Source of the DNA: Elusimicrobiota bacterium
Lineage (GTDB): Bacteria > Elusimicrobiota > Elusimicrobia > O2-12-FULL-59-9
Direction of reading: 5' to 3'
NCBI GenBank assembly: GCA_016206405.1
Contig: JACQRQ010000261.1
Location: 1-58,446 of the forward strand
Length of the DNA stretch: 58,446 nucleotides
Shown: positions 27,701 to 33,177 of the stretch, one piece after another
Numbering within the stretch: the first letter of the stretch is position 1
Layout: each line of letters begins with the position of its first letter
Notes under the pieces: model-generated
Database searches by the model: none
What the model was told of the DNA's origin: nothing
What the model saw: only the letters and a program-made list of their open reading frames with translations
Program-made: the position numbers and the translations under genes

Positions 27701-29722
27701 CTCGTTGAAACGCGGCCAAAGAATCGATTTCTGGATCGGCGCCGGCAGCTTTATTTTTATTTCCACGTGAGGTTCCTGTTTTTGAAGGAGCAAAAAGGGA
27801 GCCTCCACGCCCGCCCGGACGGCCTGAATTTTGAATAGACCCGCTTGCGGGCTGCGCCAGGACTCAAAAAGCCGAGTTAAAAACTGCACGTCCGTTCCTT
27901 CCGGCAAATCGATGGCCGCGATTCCCCCCAGCTTCAAGCTGCCGTAGAGGGCATCCAGCCATTCAAACGCCATCTCCCCTGTGAGCCGGTATCTCGCCTC
28001 CGCCGCCTGCCATATTTGGGTGATTTGCGCGCGCTCCAGACGCTCCATGTCAAGCGGGTTTTTGGAGTCCACCGTCTCTGCTGGAATGTCGGGAACGCCT
28101 CTCAACTGCGCCAGGCGCCGGGCGGCCTTGCCTTGGAAATAGCGCTCCACCTCCACAATGGCGGAGGCGGCCTGGGATTTAATCTCCGGGGACATCAGGT
28201 TTTCGAGAATCCGGACGGAGTTTTTTATCCGCAGCATCCTGAAACGGCGGCGGTTTTCCTTCGATTTCAGGGCGGATAGGATGTCCCCCGCAGGCAAAAC
28301 GGAAGATTCAAACCGCGCCTGGTGGCCCGAAAGGAAGTCGATGCCCGTTTGCTCTTCGCTCATCTTGGCCGCCGGGCTGAGGTTGTCCGGCGCCGCATCT
28401 TGCCCCTGCGCGTCTTCCATATAATATAGGCCCACGCGGTACGGAAAATTGGAGGCCAGAGTCGCCGACCATCGATCCAGAGCCGTTTCCAACGCATTGG
28501 AGAAAGCCTGAGGCGCCACCGGCGTGGGCTTGCGCCACAGATTCGAGGCCCACCGGTATAGATACGCCTCCACCGGCCAGAAGGCTTCCCACAAGGCGTC
28601 CATCGCATCCCGGAGACTTCCGCGCGGCTCGGGCATTCCCCGGTTGAGATGGTTCAAGTAGACCGTGCCGAATTCGAGCGCGCGCCTTAACTCGCCCGGA
28701 GACAAAGTGACGATCGGATCAATGAAAAATTTCCTCTGCTCCCGGTCGTAATAAAAAGGCTTCCAAAACCGGCGGTATTCATCCGGAATAAGCTGCAGCG
28801 GCCCGGAAAGCTCTTGCCCGGCGACGACGCCGTCATTTTCCGTTCCCAGCCATGTAGGGTCGATGACGCCCTCAGCGGCCAAACGACGGATGTTCTCCCG
28901 CGCTTGATACGGCAGAAGCTCGCCCCTTTTTTTCCAGCGGTAAATTTTCAGGCCCAATTTCCAGGCCAAAACGGTCCCGAAGCCCAACAGGCCGGCCTCA
29001 ACGGCGATTTGAGGCATCGCGAAAGCCCCCGTCGCCCCGAATGCGGCCGAAGGCGAAGCCATAGCTCGCGCGGCGCTCACGGCTACCAGGCCGGCGGCCA
29101 GCATCGCCGATTTAAGAGGCGAAGGAATGCGGCTTGGAGCGCTTTCCGGCTTGGCCGGCGGGGCGGGAGAAGGAGCGATCTCAAAATCCAGATTGGAAGG
29201 CGCGGAGGGCCTGAAATGCGGCCGGATTCCGGCGGAGGTCGCATCCGGAGCCATGACGGCGGCGCCTTTCAAATCGGTCGATGGCGAAATTCCATCAAAA
29301 GCGGCGGCTTCTATCCAGTAATCTTCGGAGGAAAGGTCGCCCTCAATTCGACCGCCTTTCCCGGCGGAGAAATTTTCCGGGACGGATACGGCGCCGCCCG
29401 CGGACGGTTTCGCCAAAAATCCGTGGACTCCGGGCAAAACGGAGAAAATTTCCTTCACCCGGCGCCAAACGGCCGGGCGCTCCGCCGGCTTCATGCGCGT
29501 CTGAAAATTCTTGACGTCCGCAAGTCCAGACACCCGCGCCGGCGAGTTTCTGCGAAGACCGGCCCTGGGCGCGGCGGGCGATGTCCGCATCCGGACGCCG
29601 CGCTGAGACCGGGCGCGGACCGCGGCCATAGCCTCATAGCAGCCCGGGCCCGGCGCCGCCACGATCAGAGCCGAAGCCAGCAGCGCGGCGGTTATTTTCT
29701 TTAAAAATCTCATGTCGGCCAT
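21704..29722 (-). CDS. Giant multidomain protein (ORF 2684 aa): shared leader, S8 subtilase, HEAT repeats, GH13-like module, C-terminal multi-TM anchor
   Basis: ORF 21704..29758. The likely start is at 29722 (MADMRFLKK, GAGAGGG upstream) or 29713. Leader ...ALIVAAPGPGCYEAMAAVRARSQRG. Domain evidence is given in the three sub-features below. The C-terminal ~150 aa hold about 5 hydrophobic helices. Confidence 0.85.
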   Translation of the reverse strand: MADMRFLKKITAALLASALIVAAPGPGCYEAMAAVRARSQRGVRMRTSPAAPRAGLRRNSPARVSGLADVKNFQTRMKPAERPAVWRRVKEIFSVLPGVHGFLAKPSAGGAVSVPENFSAGKGGRIEGDLSSEDYWIEAAAFDGISPSTDLKGAAVMAPDATSAGIRPHFRPSAPSNLDFEIAPSPAPPAKPESAPSRIPSPLKSAMLAAGLVAVSAARAMASPSAAFGATGAFAMPQIAVEAGLLGFGTVLAWKLGLKIYRWKKRGELLPYQARENIRRLAAEGVIDPTWLGTENDGVVAGQELSGPLQLIPDEYRRFWKPFYYDREQRKFFIDPIVTLSPGELRRALEFGTVYLNHLNRGMPEPRGSLRDAMDALWEAFWPVEAYLYRWASNLWRKPTPVAPQAFSNALETALDRWSATLASNFPYRVGLYYMEDAQGQDAAPDNLSPAAKMSEEQTGIDFLSGHQARFESSVLPAGDILSALKSKENRRRFRMLRIKNSVRILENLMSPEIKSQAASAIVEVERYFQGKAARRLAQLRGVPDIPAETVDSKNPLDMERLERAQITQIWQAAEARYRLTGEMAFEWLDALYGSLKLGGIAAIDLPEGTDVQFLTRLFESWRSPQAGLFKIQAVRAGVEAPFLLLQKQEPHVEIKIKLPAPIQKSILWPRFNEEEAVEAKSELIRAGIEGGTVVPDTASGRSPFLEELLDKGAEIITVIEEKYGNHAFLSVPEVVAAQMQDRFRERGIPSTLFQYRVSSLMHISPQLHHFNPLRETGIDGGEISYAAALKAGWKIVSQMRGPDGKPLSLLRRLRQFFASLVYVLPRLSRTQISAGAVDTGRNPSHPMISHVEEVNLVNQKSDDPQLHGSHVISIIGGKAVSLFRKRWIQGFLPRAKATMAKVFADDESGARMSVIQSGVVALLQKGLQVVNLSLGSEGHPGSELAKFLGRVIEKAGVFVSVAAGNSGPQRQTVGSPAANPAVMAVASLTKGEKDHLGELSGFSSQGDVWDPVRGKYVSKPDITAVGGTIRGVRSWLKECFFYLKGEFEGVLAAGGSSRVKDLCDVVVKGARYVWMSGTSMASPMIAGIGGAIYQTVIYTLLWARGKDYGEARKFFSENAHQSIKYILMATAISMGLPHQGMGAGQAHAYHAAQLATKIFSEPKGYQAIRRYRDMEALSNAPFDGARAKAVEKVLEQVRSHPSWEKTPPPLKAIILDAAPKIMSFSKGAFGRPVLDNEEYGWLLAKTGVLELTPERARELEKVWRAAFEAEVKKVLPAFIETVLDQNEPWLNRAAAVFALGEFRTAAAVPALTQAGAAQDERLRQHALQALWKIESPESTDALQKIFKESSGQARLYAAAGLARRGHTEESLPVLLEFLKEYNPSKSKFTRWSVLWALRETVDEKISWGDPITLFLASIVSDPMERVNIRELALDALREKGLADADSLPDEAFVHAVQAASDDPVGRRIAAQVIRFYVQLVRLRPQAVIPRLRSSAAIRKAMLDFVEKYKELGKYPNDELGLLAQIFANIQKVPLRLSPDPAGIAGADSEISGLHLIVEAPPGKKSILSDAILLYGPDKTAASEGQAAWAMERVDFPLKEVRKLGGAVRAVLPGYITLSIPENKMTALNEVLEKSGFLARVPGLVFPIQDETEVVEPPAGAVLIRLGSKKDPTGSSDSSVWNEEVLGKKGGTEAVALERLAWALKKLDGVNADRQKNNLPELAATVSLDFGSAAPFSSESPLLEFLQRQRMSSRMILALPAPYLEAFFSRFNVEEIKKYPGLLIWLENIFAADDAKDPESLLENLKAMLQNKPAVIQESLRLYLRLLSLENQRSDQKWANFKAKRQLSWISGWVQRANRRGLIPSFAAALLSSSESAAGRDAGQQQIQIRQKNLDTWRLSLEERQILSVGPLLPDHSRLAPFAFNLGRGSRFAPSAGLEGILYALTQLDRDIRRLNQEADELESRHEGLEAARKRAESEDIDRALSGQMPQLFAYMIEELLQPLSSFSSWAGLVRSELKSLLDIKKNPHDLRRQLTAFLEKKVPELQQSHMKNNLSAWAREMQVYELPKTAKPLGAWSPEEIAALADQQDVNTFSIGSAMLRDVSAPFAPIDFGLVNPALGASQDLAAFTRRVRQASARVEKPLRVIMDLPLHHVSLDSAFLTESIGMIIHRKATAEELRRPPEGWAPILHPEQGPLLVRLSAMREGERLRHHPNAAQLDYSSLQTRRWALETVRHWISKFGIDGFRIENPELLLNGEFARNHGVQMPAREFWEELISELKMEYPGIAFLAQGNVHRGSLAAAGFDAVINQGDIALEDSGGLPYYSQIGWQTRLESGKAGEAGRAIDWQVFQHWQKGGIGEILALPAPVAGIHWMARLFPAAHWLTPAGDAALVERVEEIFKPVDGRKGDAVGKRLKRRLLNNFSQPERIQGQGDEAWAGYLLWPKNEAIMQDVALAVLTNPSDQPAPVRFRLPGEKTDFEMELAPGETRVHALKRTLSPLSHKVKWLQSKINQLKDMDNYTKIKWALAAVTMLSSWIFLPPIVAAHYQPVTGPLNFAANVIFLSFPAKQLWTNHQNIKSGNAHLLAGMDWFYVALPLLANAFLLPTLLLVAKTNPWFWINTLACTIGGITLQAAIFWQMYKAGALKKSLMAGVLGFVGWSTVLFYITHFLT
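22240..23400 (-). other. GH13 (alpha-amylase family)-like module with substituted catalytic positions, inside the 2684-aa protein
   Basis: Region I-like PIDFGLVNPALGASQDLAAFTRRV...LRVIMDLPLHHVS. Region II-like WISKFGIDGFRIENPE has Glu where the nucleophile Asp is expected. Region III-like GIAFLAQGNV has no Glu. The C-terminal beta-sandwich-like stretch is VALAVLTNPSDQPAPVRFRLPG...ELAPGETRVHAL. Confidence 0.55.
25290..25900 (-). other. HEAT/PBS-lyase-type helical repeat region, inside the 2684-aa protein
   Basis: Repeated pattern of roughly 30 aa: NRAAAVFALGEFRTAAAVPALTQA..DERLRQHALQALWKIESPESTDALQKIF..ARLYAAAGLARRGHTEESLPVLLEFL... Confidence 0.6.
26350..27260 (-). other. Subtilisin-like (peptidase S8) domain with a complete catalytic triad, inside the 2684-aa protein
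   Basis: ISAGAVDTG (Asp codon 27206-27208), LHGSHVISIIGG (His codon 27119-27121), oxyanion VAAGNSG, and WMSGTSMASPMIAG (Ser codon 26483-26485), in the canonical D-H-N-S order. Confidence 0.8.
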
Positions 29723-29773
29723 ACTGGCTGCCCTCTCAACGCCGACTGCTTCTCTCATCGACCGTCCGGACGG

Positions 29774-30886
29774 CTACTGAATGACGAACAAGCCGGAAGG
29801 CTCGGCTTCCGGCGCCTGTTGCGCTATTTTCAATTTCTTGGCGCCGCCCTGGCGGCCCAGATTCAGGGGCATCGCGAGACCAAAATGAAAGGCCGAGTTT
29901 TTGCCCGCCCAACGGCCCGAAGCTACGGTCTCGCCGGTCACATACAAATTCCAAGCCCCCCACTGGTAACCCGCGCCGAGCACGGCGCGCACTTGGCCGG
30001 CGTTGACGGCGGCGGTGTGCTCTCCGATGGTCGGAAAAAGCAGCTCGCTTTGAAATTCGTTGGTGATGCGCGCCCGCACCGTCGCTTGACTATAGCTGTA
30101 CCCCACGCCGCCGAAAGGCATCCAAGCCCCGAAGGAATCGCTTAACAAGGCGTTGACGCCGAGGCTTTTGATCTTCCACGCCAGCTCTCCGCTGTTGACG
30201 CTGTCGAGGTCGAAGCCTTCTTGGATTTCGTCGCTGGATTTGCTGTTGAATACAAGCGCTCCAGCCATGTAATTGGCTGATCCCGTGACGCTGCAAAGCG
30301 GAAATCTGCCGCCAAAAAAATGCCTGCGCGCTTCAAAACCGAGCGCGGCCGTATGCAGCTTGGCCTCCGTGTCGGGACTGGGTTTTTGCTTGGGGGTGGA
30401 AAGAAAACTGAGCTTGACGGCGGCGTCGAAACGCGATGGAAGGCCCACTCGCATTTGAGCGTTTAAATCCGGGAAAGGCAGGCTGGATTGAAAGCCGCCC
30501 TTGATGTCTTTTTCCCTCAAGGTTTGCAGCCGGAATTCGGGAAACTGGCCGGTATCCAGAGGCACGTTGCCGAGCCCCAGATTAAAAGCCGCCATCAACT
30601 GCAGCGGACGCAATTCGACGGGAGGCGCCAAAACGGAGGCTGAATTGAACGCCAACCCGGAAACCGCCTCCTCGCTGAACCACTTGGAAATGCGGGCGAA
30701 TTCGCTTTCAAGGGTGACTCCCTGGGCGCAGGAAAGAGACGTCCGCAAAAGCGAAAAAGCGAGGAGCGCCAAAAACGATGTCCACCGTTTCTTTGCCGGT
30801 CCCGCCGTTAAAGTACCTATCTGCATAAATTCGCCGATATACGGAGAGGCTTCAATCCTGCGACGCAAAACATCCACAAAATCCAA
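29774..30886 (-). CDS. Putative outer-membrane beta-barrel protein, first gene of the giant-protein cluster
   Basis: 370-aa ORF starting at TTG 30886 (GAGGAA 6 nt upstream), or at ATG 30826. Signal-like KKRWTSFLALLAFSLLRTSLSCAQG. After that come many short amphipathic strands (AAVKLSFLS, TAALGFEARRHFF, WMPFGGVGYSYSQATVRARI, RAVLGAGYQWGAWNLYVTGE, AFHFGLAMPL). The stop is 15 nt before the 2684-aa ORF. Confidence 0.55.
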   Translation of the reverse strand: MDFVDVLRRRIEASPYIGEFMQIGTLTAGPAKKRWTSFLALLAFSLLRTSLSCAQGVTLESEFARISKWFSEEAVSGLAFNSASVLAPPVELRPLQLMAAFNLGLGNVPLDTGQFPEFRLQTLREKDIKGGFQSSLPFPDLNAQMRVGLPSRFDAAVKLSFLSTPKQKPSPDTEAKLHTAALGFEARRHFFGGRFPLCSVTGSANYMAGALVFNSKSSDEIQEGFDLDSVNSGELAWKIKSLGVNALLSDSFGAWMPFGGVGYSYSQATVRARITNEFQSELLFPTIGEHTAAVNAGQVRAVLGAGYQWGAWNLYVTGETVASGRWAGKNSAFHFGLAMPLNLGRQGGAKKLKIAQQAPEAEPSGLFVIQ

Positions 30887-31228
30887 CGCAATTTCCTCGT
30901 AAAATTCCCTTCAAATCAAGGTTTTTTCCGCGAACCGAACCGTGCGAATGCCGCAGCCGGCTTTCCGAACGCCTGGACCGCATTGGCTGTCCCGAACCGC
31001 CCATAAATAGATTTTTCTCGCCGGCTGAAAGGTCACGCAAACCTGCTTTCTTTTCTGAACCACTTTGACTTTTCCTAGCATCACCGTTCCTCCAATTCTC
31101 TTGCAGTAATAATCTTATCTTATGGGTATTGTAGCCCCCGGAGCACATGGGGGCATGAGGCCAAAGGCCCACGATGCGCTCAATAAAAGACCTATAACGC
31201 CCTGGGCCCTAAGGCCTAGGAACGTTAG

Positions 31229-31283
31229 AGGTAAAGAAGTGGTAAAGTGGTAGAGTGGTACGGTGAAGGGTAAGGGTAAGCGG
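31229..31283 (+). repeat. Array of 8-bp direct repeats (GTGGTARA and degenerate units), copy 1
   Basis: GTGGTAAA GTGGTAGA GTGGTACG GTGAAGG GTAAGG GTAAGCGG. The 23-mer AGTGGTAAAGTGGTAGAGTGGTA (31238-31260) is identical to 56856-56878. Confidence 0.85.
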
Positions 31284-31287
31284 CAGC

Positions 31288-31317
31288 TTGAAAGGTAGCG
31301 GAAAGGATTTGTATACT
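31288..31317 (+). promoter_or_regulatory. Sigma-70-like promoter candidate directly downstream of repeat array 1
   Basis: TTGAAA (31288-31293), an 18-nt spacer, then TATACT (31312-31317). The -10 ends 6 nt before the ATG at 31324, implying a leaderless or near-leaderless mRNA. Confidence 0.45.
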
Positions 31318-31323
31318 GGCATT

Positions 31324-31617
31324 ATGGCGGTTTATCTGGCGGTCTGCGCGGGCCTGAGCACTCTGTGCCTGCTGATCGCGACGGTTTTTTTGGTCGTCAC
31401 GCTCGTTGAGCTGCGGAAAGCGTCGGCGGCGCTGCAGGAATTTGTGGAGCGGCTGGAAGACAAGCTTGACGTTCTGCATGCGGCCGTGGACGCTCTCAAG
31501 GGCCTCCCGAACGAATTGCGGGAGGCGGCGTCCAGAGGCGGCCAGATGGCCGCGGGCATCCTGCATGGGATACGAGACGCTTTCTTCAAGCCGGCCTCCG
31601 GCAGAGACGACGCTTGA
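31324..31617 (+). CDS. Small membrane-anchored coiled-coil protein (DUF948-like architecture)
   Basis: ORF 31288..31617 opens with TTG. The ATG at 31324 gives MAVYLAVCAGLSTLCLLIATVFLVVTLVELRKASAALQEFVERLEDKLDVL..., a single N-terminal TM plus a helical region. The family assignment rests on architecture only. Confidence 0.55.
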   Translation: MAVYLAVCAGLSTLCLLIATVFLVVTLVELRKASAALQEFVERLEDKLDVLHAAVDALKGLPNELREAASRGGQMAAGILHGIRDAFFKPASGRDDA

Positions 31618-31641
31618 ACCGGCCGGATTTAATCCCCGACC

Positions 31642-31670
31642 TTGACAAATACCGTCTCAGGTGTTATAAG
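31642..31670 (+). promoter_or_regulatory. Near-consensus sigma-70 promoter upstream of the M23 peptidase/bactofilin gene string
   Basis: TTGACA (31642-31647), a 17-nt spacer, then TATAAG (31665-31670). Confidence 0.6.
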
Positions 31671-31685
31671 ATTTAAAGCGCGCCC

Positions 31686-32699
31686 GTGCATGCCATAAAT
31701 ATGTCCTCCCGTGGAAAATCAAAATTCCTTAAGTTTCTGAGGCGCCGCCTCACGATTCTGCTTGTCCCCCACGCGGACATCCCTCTCTGGCGCTTTCATT
31801 TCTCCTTTTCCTTCTTAATCTCGATGTTCCTCCTATGGACAAGCCTGACGCTGTGGGCGGGTTTCGTCGTCAGCCGCAACGTCGACTACTGGATCACCAA
31901 GGCGGATAATCTGGTGATGCGGGTCAAGGTGGCCTATTTCGCCGACCGCGTGCAAAAGGCGGAGGAAGTGTTGAAAATGGCGCAAAGCACCGACATAAGA
32001 ATGCGGCAATTGCTGGCGATGCGGACTCAGCGCGCCATCATCGAGAGCTCCGCGGAGGCCATCGGAGGCCCCAACTCCAAGGACCACTTCCACCTCACGA
32101 ACCTGCTCAGCGCGCGCGCCAAGGACCTTCGGCAAACCGTCATGGACCGCCAAACGTCCAGCATTCTCAAGCAATCCCGCGAACGGCTGGCGAGCTTTCA
32201 AGAGGTCGCCTGGCACATCGCCAACCAAAGAAACCTCTTCAGGGCCACGCCGAACATGTGGCCTACGGAAGGCAGCCTCACTTCGCTTTTCGGCTACCGC
32301 CTTTCCCCGTTCCAGAATCACGAGCGCCTCGATATCTTCCACCAGGGCATCGACATCGCCAACAACGCGGACACGGTCGTCTACGCGACGGCCGACGGGG
32401 TGGTGCGTCACTGCGGCTGGGAAGGCGGCTACGGGCGCATGATTTTGCTCGACCACGGGTTCGGCTACTCCACCTTATACGCGCATACGTCCCAAATTCT
32501 GGTCAAAGAGGGCGATTTCGCAAAGCGAGGCCAAGTCATCGCTTATATGGGCACGACCGGGCGCTCCACCGGCGACCACCTTCACTACGAGGTTTGGCGG
32601 GACGGCAAACCGGTCAACCCCTTGAAATATCTTAAGGTGCATCCGGATAAGGAGCCCGAGGGCTCCAGCCTCATCGCTTTTTCCAACCGAGAGAAATGA
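31686..32699 (+). CDS. Membrane-anchored M23 family metallopeptidase with a coiled-coil region (EnvC/NlpD-like)
   Basis: The ORF opens with GTG at 31686; the first ATG is at 31701 (MSSRGKSKF...). TM segment FSFLISMFLLWTSLTLWAGFVV. M23 motifs HQGIDI and GTTGRSTGDHLHYEV. Confidence 0.9.
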   Translation: MHAINMSSRGKSKFLKFLRRRLTILLVPHADIPLWRFHFSFSFLISMFLLWTSLTLWAGFVVSRNVDYWITKADNLVMRVKVAYFADRVQKAEEVLKMAQSTDIRMRQLLAMRTQRAIIESSAEAIGGPNSKDHFHLTNLLSARAKDLRQTVMDRQTSSILKQSRERLASFQEVAWHIANQRNLFRATPNMWPTEGSLTSLFGYRLSPFQNHERLDIFHQGIDIANNADTVVYATADGVVRHCGWEGGYGRMILLDHGFGYSTLYAHTSQILVKEGDFAKRGQVIAYMGTTGRSTGDHLHYEVWRDGKPVNPLKYLKVHPDKEPEGSSLIAFSNREK

Positions 32700-32723
32700 T
32701 CCGCACCGACCGGCTTGGCCGCC

Positions 32724-33140
32724 ATGTTCAATAGAAAAGATTCTTCGGCGCTGTCCGACAAGATCGCGACCTTGATCGGATCGGAAACCTATTTTCAGGG
32801 CACCTTATCCGCGAAGGGCTCGCTTCGCGTCGACGGCCGGGTTGAGGGCAATCTGCAGGACTGCCAGGTGGTCGTGGTCGGGAAAAGCGGCACGGTCACC
32901 GGCGACATCGCCGCCCAGGAAGTCATCATCGGCGGCCAGGTGCTGGGAAACATCACGGCGACCAAACAACTGGAAATCCTATGCGGAGGCAAAGTGCAGG
33001 GAGACATCCGCACGGCCCGGCTCACCATCGAGGAAGGCTCCCTATTCAACGGCTCCTGCGCCATGAACGCGCACGACAACTCCAAGACTCCCGACGCTCC
33101 GGTCAAGCCGGAGCCGGAAGAAGAAAGCAACGGCGAATGA
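32724..33140 (+). CDS. Bactofilin (polymer-forming cytoskeletal protein)
   Basis: The ATG at 32724 gives MFNRKDSS...; the ORF opens earlier at TTG 32715. Beta-helical repeats GTLSAKGSLRVDGRVEGNL, VVVGKSGTVTGDIAAQEVIIGGQVLGNI and LEILCGGKVQGDIRTARLTIEEGSLFNG. Confidence 0.9.
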   Translation: MFNRKDSSALSDKIATLIGSETYFQGTLSAKGSLRVDGRVEGNLQDCQVVVVGKSGTVTGDIAAQEVIIGGQVLGNITATKQLEILCGGKVQGDIRTARLTIEEGSLFNGSCAMNAHDNSKTPDAPVKPEPEEESNGE

Positions 33141-33177
33141 TGCGGCCGCGAAGAATCCCCCCTCCCGGAGGCGCAGC

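Noticed and set aside
30852-31172. 106-aa minus-strand ORF in the region upstream of the cluster
   Set aside because: It has no start context or motifs, and it overlaps the 5' end of the barrel gene. I treat the region as non-coding.
31225-31566. 113-aa minus-strand ORF ending in YPYPSPYHSTTLPLLYL
   Set aside because: The C-terminus is simply the translated octamer repeat array, and the rest is antisense to the DUF948-like gene.
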